Source: Ruditapes philippinarum (lineage: Eukaryota). Taken from it: a stretch of DNA of 64,000 nt. The DNA lies in NCBI RefSeq assembly GCF_026571515.1, contig NW_026862940.1:1-64000 (forward strand). Reading direction: 5' to 3'. Position 1 is the stretch's first letter. Every line of letters begins with the position of its first letter. Of this stretch, positions 1 to 15,300 are shown in pieces. The position numbers were made by a program, and so were the translations under genes. The notes beneath the pieces were generated by a model, which saw only the letters and a list, made by a program, of their open reading frames with translations, was not told where the DNA came from and made no database searches.

Positions 1-392
1 TATCTTAAACACAGTTGCAATTTTTTTATTGATGCACCTGAAATGTGCTTAACGTAATAGCTTTTAATAGATTTAACAACATGATATTTTTATTGTTCCC
101 ATTTGCATTATTTCCTTGCATTATTTATACTGTAAAGTTGAACGAAATTCTTTAAATACGAGAACAATATGCAGCTATAGTATAGTCTCAATATAAATGA
201 AGATAACTGTATGAATTTAGCAATAAATTATTTAAATAATGCGCGTTTTTTCATATTGGCGTCGCTGTTTTGTTTTAAATTTTTCGCAACATGCAACAGC
301 TAGGGTCTTTCAAATAGAACCTGTTAATATTTAGTATGTTTCAGCCTTACATTAGTAAACTTTACAAGTTGTAAGTTAAACGCACACCGGAT

Positions 393-3300
393 ATGGCGGA
401 CAAAACAAATCGTCCAAAAAGTGACGATGTGTATTGGTCTAAAATAGGTAATTTACACAGTATATTGATAGAGATATATTGTAAACAACTTCATTAACAT
501 TTTATCTATGTATGCTTGCATATAATGTAATGACAAAGTCTGCTTTCATCAAGAAAACACTCCTGGAATTCTTATTTTCCTCCTAAAATTCACGTTCAGG
601 CTTGTTGCTAAATAGAATTTGAAAATACTTTGGTAATTGGTAATGATTGCAACCACAGATATACGTCAGTGCTTAACATATATGTGTGTTTTTTGAAGGC
701 CAAATGTAAATGACTCACAGCTAGAACTTTTGGCTAGGCTAGCAGTACAGACAGGTAGATGGGTCTGGTTTCCATACTGTATATCTATATGCAGCTTTAA
801 ACATTGTATTTTTAATTTCTTTCATCTGTTGGGGTATTAAAGATTCAGATCAGACTTGTGAAACCTTATCAGAATAACACACATTTGTTTAACAACGCTG
901 TAAATTGCAAATACGCGTATCACTATAAAATTCTTGTGCAATTTTCTTTCACACTTAGAGTCACACATTAAAATTGTCTGTCCGTCCTTACGCATTAAGC
1001 TTGACAGAGTTTCACTGGCCAAACTTCTAGCCTGATTTCAACAAAACTTCACAGTCTGAATGATAAGTACCATACCTTCTTTTGGGAGACATATGTTTTT
1101 GTGACAAACAACTCGACTAGTTTCCATTATTATACATGGAATAAGATGTTGAGGCGGCTCAACCATAGTTAGAATGTTTCATGAGAAAAAACTGAGTATT
1201 TGTTTTGTAAAGTAAAACTGCATGAATTTCTGAATGTTCTTACACCCTGTTTCAAAAATTTTGATGTTTTTGTATAGAAAAAGCATTTCATGCACATCTT
1301 AATTTTTGGGGAAAACTTACACGTTATATTTGCAAAAGGGGAAGAAAAAAAATTGATGTAAATTCAATTGTTGGGGAAAACTGCATCATTTTAAAGATTT
1401 TTTCTTTGGGAACGCATCCCTATAATGGCCCCTGCTATTAAAGGAAAAGAAAAGTCCTGTCATGTATGTAAATTTAGATTGAATGGGGGTGGGGATCTAC
1501 ATATTATCCCATGAAAAAAAAAAAATACAACAAATATTAGGAAAGTTATGGAAGAAAATACTTCTGTTTTTGTTTTCTGCCCCACACAGATCACAAAAAG
1601 CCACATGTTACAAATTACATATATATATATATATTTTGACAGGTATGACTTCAAGTGAAGATGATGCATATATACCAGGTAATTTTCTTTGATATAAAAA
1701 TTCATATCTGTATTACAAGAGTTACCTAGTCTACTACTAATAATAATGTAGTAATCTTAAAAAAATAATATATTTTTAAAATACAAATATACGTATGTCT
1801 TAATTGTTGGTTTAATAAAATGCAAAGTATATTTTATATTATCTTTGTGCCACAAGTTGTAAAAAATGTTCAGCCCGATTAGGATTTTGAAAAGCCAGTC
1901 TGGTCGAATCCTGGCATTATCATTCAACAGCCCTCCCTACTGGGTTAACTGACTTGTTTCTGCCAGCTAGCTTACGGAACGTCGTTTGGTTAGACTACTC
2001 AGGTGCCCATTTGTGCCTAAAATAAGGTGGCACCTGATGTCTTCCTCCACCAGTAAAGCTGGAAAGTCTTTATACGTCATATACTGTGTTGGGGCGATGT
2101 AAAACCCAATACAAAAATAAAATTTACTTTTTACTCTTTTTTTCACTCAGGGTTATCTGCTCCTGGTAATAAAAGACCAGGTCGTGTTAAAGGGAGGAAA
2201 CCAAAAGAGGTTCACGCCAAGGTGCCAATTGAACAGCCTGTAATTGAGAATATCAGACCCGACTTCTCACACAGTGATATACCTCCTTCAGGTTACATGA
2301 TGTTATTTGTTTAAAACTTGAAATTCTAATTTTATTTAAGGTCTATACTATGCTCAAATGTGATTTTAGAAAATATTTTTAATTGCTATACAGTTTCTTG
2401 TAAATATATATCAAATAAACATGTTTTGACTTCTTGAAGTAGATATGTATAATGTATTGTATAAAACTTAACACACTATAGTTTAGCACAATATGAATGA
2501 TATAGTGTTTAAAAAATTGGAGGTATTTTTATAAAGACCAACTTTGCTTGACCTGTAATAGTTAACACAGCTTTTGATAAATAATTAAATTCATCCTTTT
2601 ATTTAAATTAGACTTATAAAGGAAAACATGTTAATATCTTTACTTATCGTTTAAAACTGCATGTAGCCAAGAGCTTAGATATTTGTCATGTAATGCCTAG
2701 TAAATCTCTACTAAAATAATATCAATCATGGTCCCTTTTGCCAAAAAATGGAAATCCCCCCGTGTGACCTTTTGACCTTTTGCTTGGAAAATTGATATCT
2801 TTTTCTTGCAATGGGTCTAATGTGAACATGAGCAATATAGGGCTTTCATTGCCCTAGTGTGCAGATAAATACATGGGTACAAGTTTTCAGGCATCTACCT
2901 GAAATTCAGATTTTTTATACTGTTAAAAACACTCTTTTACTAATATAATAAACCAATTCAGAGATTTTGAACTTGCACCCATAGATTGCGTGAAAATCAA
3001 GATGACTGTTTCTTCTTATATGGAATAATTCTTATAGCATTTAATTTTAGCATTACACAACATTAAATGATATAATGTATATATATAAACAGGTAGAGTA
3101 AAGAAGCCATTAAAGGGGAACCTGAAGACGGGCAGCAGTTTTACGTCTCGGGAGAAAAGCAAGTTGTCAGATGGCGATGATAGTGGCATGTCAACAACAT
3201 TTGAGGTGAACCTTTCAATAACCCTTATAAGTTTACCTGCTGAAATTTTGTAAAGAGTTTGCTTTGGTTTTATTTAGGAACAGACCATTTAAATATTAAT

Positions 3301-6300
3301 GGATTTCAATATCAAAATACAAAATTAAGGCTACCAACAGTATTAAACCTGATCAGATCACACAGTTACATAAGACTACTTGCTGTATTAACTTGAAGAA
3401 CACATAAATGTAGAACATTAGATAAATTTGTGTTCTCAATTTTTCACATAATTTCTTATCCAAAGAGTGTATTTTCTTAATTCCACTATGTATGAATTTG
3501 CGTCATCATCATGTTCATAGATATATTTATAGATATTCGCAATATTGGATAATTATATCAATTCACAGTAAACTTTGAGTTTACAAGGAATTTGATTTAT
3601 GGATATTGACAAATAAAATGAATCCAACGCAAATTAAGCCATTTCTTCAGCACTATAATACCACATTGTAACCGTACACATAACAGTATGAAATTCCATC
3701 TAGTTTATTTAATTGGATTTGATTACATGTATTGCAGAGTTTTGCTGAGAAAAGTATTCGTAGATTACAGAAAGCTTCCTTAAAAGATTTACGCCCTGAG
3801 GACAAACAGAGAGTGGCAAACCTTATCAAGGAGCTGGCCAGGTAAGGATTAACTGAATATCAATTGTACAGTTAAGGTAGCCTTACTGTAATGCTTATCA
3901 GCCAAACAAAGTTTAACATTGGCCAATATCGTAATAAATCGGTCATTTCAAGAATGTTATATTTCACAATCCGGTATTCAATAATGTTTAATCATTTATA
4001 TCGGAATTCGGTACAAAGCGATAAGGTTTAGTGATTGTAAATAATCTAATGCCCAAGATTTTGAAAAACAATGTTATGGAAATTGTACGATTTTGGCCGA
4101 TGTTAGAATTTTGGGCAGGAAAGCATTACAGCAAGACATACTCATTTTTTCATTGTCCAGTTGGACTGAATTGAATATCAACTGTTATAACAGTGATTGA
4201 CCAACAGTTTATACTGGAAAATATTTAAGAGTGATCTGCCTAAAATATAAAAATACTGCCTCACTCTTTCTATAAATTAAATATTACAGGAAAATTCTGA
4301 TGGATATTAACAGAAATTTCCTATCTTTACAGAAATTTCAATCGGCCACATGAGTTATTTAATGTAAATTATAAAATTGAAAGGAATTATGGCAAAATGT
4401 AAACTTATTTTGACTTTCACCTATTTACTCACTATATATCCTTAAATGGGCATAATGTCGATTTACACAATAATAAAGTTATCAAATTTAGGAATTTATT
4501 GTATTGGACACTACTCTGGCTAATAAAGGAAATGTTTTATTGAAGGTGAACACTATTTCAGATAATATAGCCTAATAAGAAAATTTTTATTACATCGGAC
4601 ACTACTCTGCCAACATAGGAAATATCTTACTGTATTGGACACTGTTCCGACTAATATAGGAAACATTTCTTTGTCATTGGACGCTACTTTGTCTAATTAC
4701 GGGTAATGCTATATAGTCACATGGTACGATGTAAAAGCAGTGATATAAAAAAAATGTAAAGAATAACAATTTTGATTGGTATTTATATAAAGGAATGTGC
4801 TAAAATGGTATTTTAACTACTGTAGTGACAATAGATGAAATGTTTAAAAAAATCAATGATACTTTTGTAATGTAGGGTTGGTGATGAGAAGGAACAAGTT
4901 GTAAAAGAGTTACATGGTGAAAGAGAACAGTATGAGCGACAGTTGATGGTAATGGTGGAACAGCAAGAGAAAATATTACAGGAAAGAGAAGGTAAGATAT
5001 TAATCCCTGTGTATTCTGGGAAATTTGTTGTCTGCTTGAAATGTCATCTGGAATACAAGACTGTTGATGATGATGATGTTTGTTTTACTTGAACAGCGAT
5101 ATTTTTATTTATCTCTAATGCCAATCTGTAAAGGAAGGTTTGATTGCATGGCTAAAAATAATTTTTCTCGGGTATTTCGAATCACAATGAAGGCAAAACA
5201 AATATGGTTGCAGTCAGATCATCATGCAAGAAATTACTTTAAGTAGATATGAACTTAAGTCAGATTGTGTACTTTGTGTTTTTCAGACATTCAAGAAAAG
5301 TTGTTTAATTGCCAGAAGTTGCTTACAGAGTACCAAGCTCAGTTGTTAAACAAACAAGATAGGCTGAACTCCTCCATCCATGATATTAAAGAGGTTTGTG
5401 CTAATACGTTTTTGCTGGCCACTGGGTCACAGTGTATTTGAATTTAATGTCACTTGTCATGGGTTTACAAAACTCCAAAACGCTGGGCAGTTAAGAGATG
5501 GAAATGAATTTTGAGTTTTTACTCTAAGAAATGGTAGGATATATGGTATAATACATGATATGATTTATAGCAGGATATATGATATATGGTAGGATATTTG
5601 GTATGAAACATGGTAGGATATATGGTATGAAGTATGTCAGTATATATGATATATAGTAGGATGTATGATATAATACATGATATGATATATAGTAGGATAT
5701 ATGATATATGGTATGAAATAGGGTAGGATATATGGTATATAGTAGGATATATGATATATGGTAGGATATATGGTATATAGTAGAATATATGGTGTGAAAT
5801 ATGGTAGGATATATGATATATAGTAGAATATATGGTGTGAAATATGGTAGGATATATGGTATATAGAAGGATATATGATGTGAAATATGGTATGATATAT
5901 AGTACAATGTATGGTGTGAAATATGGTAGGATATATGATATATAGTAGAATATATGGTGTGAAATATGGTAGGATATATGATATATAGTAGAATATATGG
6001 TGTGAAATATGGTAGGATATATGGTATATAGAAGGATATATGATGTGAAATATGGTATAATATATAGTACAATATATGGTGTGAAATATGGTAGGATATA
6101 TGGTATATAGTAGAATATATGGTGTGAAATATGGTAGGATATATGATATATAGTAGAATATATGGTGTGAAATATGGTAGGATATATGGTATATAAAAGG
6201 ATATATGATGTGAAATATGGTAGGATATATGATATATAGTAGAATATATGCTGTGAAATATGGTAGGATATATGGTATATAGTAGAATATATGGTGTGAA

Positions 6301-9300
6301 ATATGGTAGGATATATGGTATATAGTAGGATATATGATGTGAAATATAGTAGGATATATGATATATGGTGTGAAATATGGTAGGATATATGGTATGAAAT
6401 ATGGTAGTATATATGATATATTGTATGATATATGATACATGTTCGGATATATGGTATATGGTATGATATTTGGTATGAACTATGGTAGTATATATGGTAT
6501 GAAATATTGTAAGATGTAATTATGATATATGGTAAGATATATGATATATACTAGGATATATGATATAAAGTAAGATATATGGTCTGAAATATGGTATGAT
6601 ATATGGTAAGATATATGATATATAGTAGGATATATGAAATGAAATATGATATGATATATGGTTTGAAATATTTCTTAAATAGTGATACCAACTGTTAAGT
6701 AGAAAATAATAATGTCTTGAAAAGGTCTTAAAATTGTTTTATATTCACTTAAAATGGATGAAGTTGCAGATTCCTATTCTTCAGGCTATTGGCACCACAA
6801 AATCTGAAGCTATTCCACCTAAACCAAAAGTCACTGTTACCTCCTCCATACCTGTAACCACGGCAATAGATTCTGTACCAATTAGTAACCCAGCAGGGGT
6901 TATTGAAGTTTGTCCGCCCGTGTATGACCTATCAGAGATGGATGAACGCAGCTTGACTCCCGTACTCCTTAATCGGATCCCATCCCCAATTAATAAACAG
7001 GTTTACTGTTGCCACTAACTTGTTGTTTGGTTACCAGCTAACTTGAATTCACTAACATTTTGGTTACTGTTGACAGGAATGCAACTGCGGTTTCAAATTC
7101 TACAAGGCTTGATATTTTGAATTCACTAACACATTGTTACTATTGCATTAGTACAACTGCAGTTTTAAATTCTACAAAGGTGCTCTTTAAAGTTTGGATT
7201 TTGGGGAAAAAACTTTTAGCGAGTGGGTTAGAATATAGAGAGGGTCTAGATTTCTTTAGCTTATCTTGTAATTTTGTAATACTTACTTATATTAATGTTT
7301 TCAATATTCTTAAAAAATAAGTATTGATTATCAAGTTACATGCAGTTAAAAGAAAGGTGAATGGTTCTTCTTTGTGTAAAGTTAAAGCCCTCTGGAAGTC
7401 CATGGCTGATGTTAAGGCTGTTATTACTTAGAATAACCTTCTTTCACTACTTTGAGCTTGAGTCCAAGCAGAGATTTCGGATTCTTTCATGTGAGGAAAC
7501 TAGCTAGTTAGCTTAAGGAATGTTGGTGTTCCACTCAGGTGCTGGCTTGTACCTGACAATTTTGCACAAAAGGGCATCTGATATCATCTTCCGCCGACCA
7601 AACTAGAATGTGGCCATGAATTACACTGCCCAAGAACCAAGAAACTGTAAAGATATTGAACTAAAACAAATATCAATCAATAACAAATAGATTTGTTTGT
7701 GCTAATATCATTAATTGATTTGAAAACTAATATGTTCTCGCTTAACCATAATATTTCGTAACAGTGTTTTTATGTGTGTTTTATTTTACCCATGATTAGG
7801 TACTAAGCATCTTTACATTTTTTGGAGAAATTGTGTGACATTTAATAGTAGTAAATATTGCAAGATCCTGTCATTTGATTTACATTTTAACCAGGTTTTC
7901 CGAAGGAAAAAACTGGTTATTAGATTGAGGTATGTCGGCGGGCAGGCGGGCGTATGGGCGGACGGGGGGGGCGTAAACAATTTCTTCTGTGTGCAACTCC
8001 TCTTACATTTTTCAACGGATTTTGACAAAACTTTCACAGAAGCTTTGTCATCAAGTGACCTGGCGCATATTGTCGGGGTTTTGTGATTGGATAATATTTG
8101 ACCTAATTATGGCCCTTTGTTTTTTTTCCCAATATAGGATATATAGTGAACAATTTTCTGTGCGCAACTCCTCCTACATTTCTCAACGGAATTTGACCAA
8201 ACTTTCACAGAGGCTTTGTCATCAAGTGTCTTGGGGCATATTGTCAGGGTTTTGTGATTGTATAATATTTGACCTTATTATGGCCCTTTGTTTTTTTTCC
8301 TTATACAGATTATATAGTGAACAATTTTTACCATGCGCAACTTCTCCTACATTTCTCAACAGATTTTGACCAAACTTTCACAGAAGCTTTTTTATCAAAT
8401 GCCTTGGCGCACATTATCGGGGTTTTGTGATTGGATAATATTTGACCTAATTATGGCCCTTTGTTTTTTTTCCTTATACAGAATATATAGTGAAAAAATT
8501 CTTCTGTGCTGAACTCCTACATTTCTCAACAGATTTTGTTTAAACTTTCACAGTAGCTTTGTCATCCAGTGCCCTGGCGCATATTGTCGGGGTTTTGTGA
8601 TTGAATAATTTTTTTTATTTAATTATGGCCCTTTGTTTTTTTTTCATATACAGAATATATTGTGAACACTTCTTCTGTGGCAATTCCTCCTACATTATTC
8701 ATGTTTTACATTGCACATAGTTACATTGTTTGTTGCTTGTATTTGTATTTCAAATACAACATATTTATCTACAATGGTGATAATTGAAAACCTGGTTTCA
8801 TGGCATTGCCATGTTTCTTGTTTATAAGTATTTGTCCAATTACATGTATTTGGGACTTTTTACATTTATTTGATGCTGTATTGGATGTCATGAAAATGAG
8901 AGTTTGTGAATAGCAACCAATAGGTTTTTGAGTTTAAATTAAATGAAAATCTCATTAAATGTCATGTACATCCAAATAATTATTTATCAAAACAATCTGA
9001 ACTTTTAATTAGGAATTTATTAATAAAACTTTATTTTAATATTTTACATATAATTTTTTATACTTTTATGTATTTAGGAATGATAAAAATCATATTGTTC
9101 AAAGATGTGCTTTTATATTTCTAAAAAAAGCAAACTCAACTGATAATATTTTTCTACATTAAAATAGGATTATCCAGGAGCTGGGAGGCAGTCCAGGTCT
9201 AGGGAACCAGTCAACAGACATCTTACCAATCGAAACGTTGTTGATGATCATGTGACCAATCAGGAATCAGCAGACGAATCTGTGTCAGATTTGTTGTTAA

Positions 9301-12300
9301 ATCCTATGGATACTGTGAAAAGACCTTACACTTCTTTGATTGACAAAGAAATTGCCAGAGAAAGGTCATTAAGTCGAGGGTCAAGGGCATCAGACTATTC
9401 AAGGTCACGCAGTGTTTCACCTTCAGAAGGAAGACCAAAATTTGCCTACCCTCAGAAGCTGACGGGTCCATTGCAAGAACCTTTAGCTTCAAGCACTCAA
9501 AAATCTATGGAAATCAGAGCTTTGAATTATGAAAATGATAGTATAAGGTCAAAGTCATCATTGAAAAATCAAGAATTAGGGTCAAAAGGTCATCAGTATT
9601 CAAAAGGAGGTTACATTAGGGATCAATCACCAGCAAGTTCGGACAGTGCTAAAAATAGAGTTGTATTCAATGGGAAGGATGAATATGATGATGATGCCGA
9701 AAAACATTCGCCAAACATTAAATCACCCACTAAAGCATTCAGTGACCCAGAATATGGTAAATATTACAAAAAGTTATCGCCTGGTGGAAGGAAACGCGAA
9801 CTGTTAAAACAGCGTCAGGCTTTGCTTGACGAGCAAGAGAGATTAAGATTAGTGCTGGAAAAACAGGAACTTCAGTTACAAACGCGGAAATACGAGTACG
9901 ATAAACGGAAAGAGCTCCAAGAGCAGAGAATGAAATTCTATAAAGAAGGTGGAAAATTTCCTGCCTTGAAACTAGAATTTGATAACGGAAGTGAAAGAGG
10001 AGGAAATATGGATGATGAGGATGATGATGACGACAGAGTCGTAGGAAAGGCATCAGGGAAAGGACTGGTCGGGAGGGATCAGGCATCAGAAGTAGAGATG
10101 TACAGTCCAAGGAATGAAATTAATATAGGTAGGGACGTCGAATTATTTCCGTTGGTTATTATATTAGTAGATCTTTGTTAAATATGTTGTCTTAGATCAC
10201 GTAGTTACAGTAATGTCATCACAAATTCACAATTTCACTGCATATTTTTATATAGGTTTCATTTTCACATCTAGTTACTGCATTGTAAAAACTTTTGACG
10301 GGATGCTAATAATTTCTTTTGTTAAAAATGTTGAAAGCTGTATTAAATATATTTAACTTGTTTTAAGTTATTAGAAGGACAAGAAGCATCATGTCAAAGT
10401 CAGGTTGTCATGGTAACTTATTTTTTATAACTCATTGCATAAAACAATACTATTTCTAGCTTGTGATTAATATTATCCATTAGACCTATGTCTTTTATAC
10501 AAATTAGAACTGAAGTTAAGAGAGAAACAGGCCCCGTGTTCACAAAGATTTTAGGATCAGGATCAAGATCAAGATCAAATTTAAAAACTCTCATATTCTT
10601 CATTGTTTACCCTCATAGATTAAATATCTAATATTAATTTGATAAAACTGGACTTGAAATAGCAAGTTTATGACATTTTAGAATAAATTTATTGTTATTT
10701 TTGCAAGATACGGGCATTTTACAGTTGATCCAAATATATTGATCCTGATCCTAAAATTGATCCTTATTTTGATCCGAATATTTTTGTATTTGTTTTGTTA
10801 TATGTTGATTTTATCCCAAAATAGTTTGGTTTCTATGCAGTACAGCAGTTTTTTACATTTTGAACATTTACAATTTAATTCAACGAAACATAATTAATCT
10901 TAGTAACATTAAACAATGAAAATAAAATCAGGATCACTTGATCCTGATCCTGATCTTTTCTTAGTGAACACGGGGCCAGGGGTTTCATAATCTCATTACC
11001 TGTTCTAAATGGACTGGACACTTCTGTTTTGACTTTTCCTTATTAAAAACATACTTATTTAAGCTTGATAGCAAAACAAGTTCTTGCAAATTATATTAAT
11101 CACTTACGAATCCATTTCCTGGAACCAACCAGTACTGGTGTCATATGAAGAAACATGGTTGTCACCTGATTAGGGCTCAAACCCATCATGATTCCTGGGT
11201 TGAGAGGCAGATACCTTAACCATTAGGCCATCGCTTCCCTCCATTGAAATTAGAAAAAGAATAAGCATTAAACTAGGTTAATCACAATACTTAGGAAAAG
11301 ATTGATTATTGTACTTAGGAAAATGTTTATCATTGTACTTAGGAAAAGGTTTATCACTTTAGGTTTTACCAGTGTAAGGGTTAAATCATTGGAGAAGCTG
11401 AGGCCATTTTATTCCAGTACTAGGTCATAATGAAACCCCTATCTTTCTATTGTGAACAATGCAGTTATAACAATCATGGTATGCATTTGCTTGTATTCTG
11501 ACGTCACAAATTCTTCAAAATTAAAGTCTGAAGCTTGTTGAATGCAGAAAATTAAAGATTGAAATGTCTCCAAAAAAAAGCCTATTGAATGCAGAATGTG
11601 CATAACTTTTGAGAAACTATTTTTCTTTTAGACATGAACTTTTATTTGAATTACAAATATTACATGCATGTACATAATTGTCAACAATTTTTGCATTTTC
11701 TTTTGTTGGTTTTTTAGCGTACGGATATGTTGGTATGCCATTTTCATTCATATTGATATGCTGTTACGTTTTGTGTTGTTTGCGGATATTTGCATGTTCT
11801 AGCATGCATTAGGAATTTTGTGTCCAAGGGAAATAATCTATATGTTATTACCAAGACCTTTAATTCAATTTCTTTTTTTCACCTGTTTACCTGCCTTTAT
11901 CTGGCAAAAGCAGGAGACCCTTAATATTATCCTATTTAAATTTAATTTTTGTAAAATAAAACATATTTTGATTAACAACATGAGTATTGTCACCCTGTAC
12001 TGTTTCTCCAAAATAACATAATTACATGTATGTGATACATATAGGTGAGTTTCCAATGTAAATATCTTTAATTTGATATACAATGTAGTTCCTTTTTGTA
12101 TTTCTATTCAAGTTGTCATTGTTAATTGATATATGTAGAACTTAATGATCTATTTGTTTTATGCAGAATTTGTTTTAGTTTGATTGTGTAGGAAGTTATA
12201 AGCTTTCTTTAATGTACCATTCATGTAACCAATTAGCATTGAGTCTCTTGCATAAGAAAATAAGTGCTTACACCCCTGAAGGGGTTTTTCAACCCAAGCG

Positions 12301-15300
12301 ACCTTTGATCCTAGATAAGTAAGATAACAAGTCTGATGTGTTAACTACTCATCCATGCCCCAACTAGTAATAATTACATGTATTTATATCAGTGTAACTA
12401 TGTAAGGCCGAAGCTTACTTTGTAATATCTGTAATCTTGAGCATTTTTGAAATTCAGCCGTTTAAAAAAAAATTCATTGTAATTCAGCGATTTGTAAAAA
12501 AAATCATTGTAATTCAGCCATTTGTAAAAATAATCATAATAATTCAGCCATTTGTAAAAAAAAATCCTGTTTGAAATTGAGCTATTTGTAAAATCAGGAT
12601 TTTTGTAACATAGTTTCAGTTCTGCATAAAATTATGGCATTTGGTTGGTTTGCGATACTAAAAACTTCACAATTTTTTTTTAATGATTGGAGCCAAGACA
12701 AGTACATTTTTTATCTTATTGTCAAATTCAATTTTATTAAATACAAAACATTAAAGATTTAAGCCTTATGGTAGATAAATGTTTTAAATCTTATACATGA
12801 ATTATGTTTTGATCTTATTTATATACATTTCATTTTGCCATTTTAGATGATGAAGTTCAGGTGAAGAGTAGGGTATCAATGGGAACATCTCCTATAGCAA
12901 CACCTCCACGTAGCAACAAGGTTAACACAGGAACGTCACCAGCAAGATCAGTCGACACAGCAGATTCAGACGTCCCTCGACTGGTTGACGTGGCTACAAG
13001 TATATCATACAGGTACCGTATTCCCCTCCTCCTTTTTCAACTTTTTTGCTAAAAATACATTTCGTATCTCCTTTACAGAATTGTTTTGTAGGCAGTTTAA
13101 ATAGGTTCTTATAAAAGTAATGCATGTCTCTCAGTGTAATAGTGCATATTAGAAACCTGAGAACTGAAGTAATACCTGTGCTTGGAGCTCTGCATTATTT
13201 CTCAGAGAGCCATTCATCATTGATTGCGGCCAGGGGAGAGAACTAGAAAATTATGTTTTCTTAAGATTAGATTACTCGCCCCTGAGAAATATTGCCAAAA
13301 AATATTGACCGGGTGATATTCATTTTCAGGATGATACATTGAGACAACACATTGTGATGTTATGTTAGACTATATAGTAAAAAGTTTACATGAGGTATAT
13401 TAATAATAATTAATATCAGCTAGTGCAGATTATGATCATACAGCACATAAGTGCTGTATGATCATAATCTGTGCTGGTCGTCTTGTCGACAGGGGGCAAA
13501 GTGTCAAAAGTACAAAATACTGTTTAGATTTTGTTGACCAACTCTTTAAATAGACATCCACTTAATTTGAATTATGAAATTTATAAAAGATTTTTTATTT
13601 GAATCATTTCAAGGACTCCGTTAAAAGATGCCAGTAATCATTTACAAGGTAATCTGCCACTGGGATGTAATCGGCAGAGGTCAAGTCCATTAGGTAAACA
13701 GTGGCGGGAAATGGAGCCTGAGGTCACTGTCAGAAAACCCGGGTAAGTTGTAGTACTACCATTGATCAGGGGAATAATTAAATAACTCGCACTTGAAACC
13801 ACCGTTTATCCCTGCATGATCATAAAAGGTGACTAAATGGGTTTGAATGACTGGAGTCTATGCATCTCTTAGTTTATAACACCAGAGCCAGAGGTTAACC
13901 AAAATCATTTTTCCTGTTACGGTGCCATATGACCTAAATTGTGTTGGTACATTGTAAAACCAAACAAAAGAAATCCTTATATTGATTAATTCTGCATAGT
14001 TTAAGGGATTTTGATGTGAAAATACAAAAATTGAGCTACAAACAGTCTGATAAAACTGTACATATATGCCAATTGGCCTGGCTCTAAAATGATCACTTCC
14101 AGTTCAAGTCTTATAAAGGGTAATCTGTGTCAAGCAGACCAATGACAAACTTACACTACCTAAACAATGATTTTTGTAGGGAAGTCATGGTTTAATGTTT
14201 TGTGATTTTGCAAGTTGATTAAATGATGCTAAGTTTTGGGAATAATGATTAATGCTGATTTTATTAATAATACTAGTACTTTGTCTATATATGTGAATGT
14301 AATATAGCGTGATAACTAAAATTTTATGAGAATAACATTTTCCACTTCATTCATTTTATAGTATGAGGTTGAAGCTAAATCTAATCTGTATAGGAAGATA
14401 AGTGGTTCTCTTCAGTTCATTGTTGTACTTGAAGTTGATTTCCTTGAACATTAAAAGCCTGAAAATCACCATGTGACCTTAACAGCATTGCTGTCACTTA
14501 AAAGCTAACCAATTCATAAGATAAAGAAATATAGCAAAATATGCAGAGTTACATGTATATGAAACAAGGCTCTAAGAAAGGGTAGCATTTGTAAAGACCC
14601 CTGTATATATATATTTTCAGTGAGAAGACATTGAATGTACTGGAGATTGTAAACTCTATGGACGAGGAGCCACCTTTAACTTCTAGCTATGACGACCTTG
14701 AGAACAGACCAAATAAACTCTTTACACCCAATAAATATATCACTCATGGCAAAGGTAAACCTTGTTCTTTTACTTTAACTTTTGCCACTCTAAATATAAT
14801 AAATGGACTTGCCCATCATTCAATCTGGACAAAACATTTTATCATATTTAGGGAAAATTTCAAAAACATTGCAGGCCATGATCAGATAACATGGATTGTG
14901 TCCATCTGTCACAAAACTTGTCCGGACAACACTTCAAAAACTACTGGTGCAGTTTCAACCAATCTTTACAGGAATGATCAGTACTAAGTAAAGTTGTGCT
15001 TATCATCAGCATTTTATGGTTTAATGATTTTTGCCAATTACCTCTCAATGCAACTGCTGATTGGCTATCATTAGGCGATATGTGATCACTGATCCCTCTT
15101 GTTATACTGTTATGTAAATATTAGGAATATACGTGTCATCTTCGTTTTTGTATATTTATTTATTCATAAAGTAACAATGACTTTTTGATCATAATTTAGC
15201 TAGAATTAATATGTTTAATTCAATAATATGATTATTCTTATCATACCCTTCAGGAGCCCAGTCTAGTCCGTACAGACAGTACACAAGTCCAGCTCAAAGA

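Noticed and set aside
5524-6440. 182-aa and 267-aa Tyr/His/Ile-rich minus-strand ORFs
   Set aside because: These are translations of the intronic minisatellite; they are stop-free only because of base composition.
7813-8369. Overlapping ORFs of 74-126 aa
   Set aside because: They lie inside the HINE tandem core; the peptide repeats simply mirror the DNA unit.
9304-10110. Antisense ORFs (62 and 123 aa); likewise 58201-58633
   Set aside because: Shadow frames of real coding exons, with no independent support.
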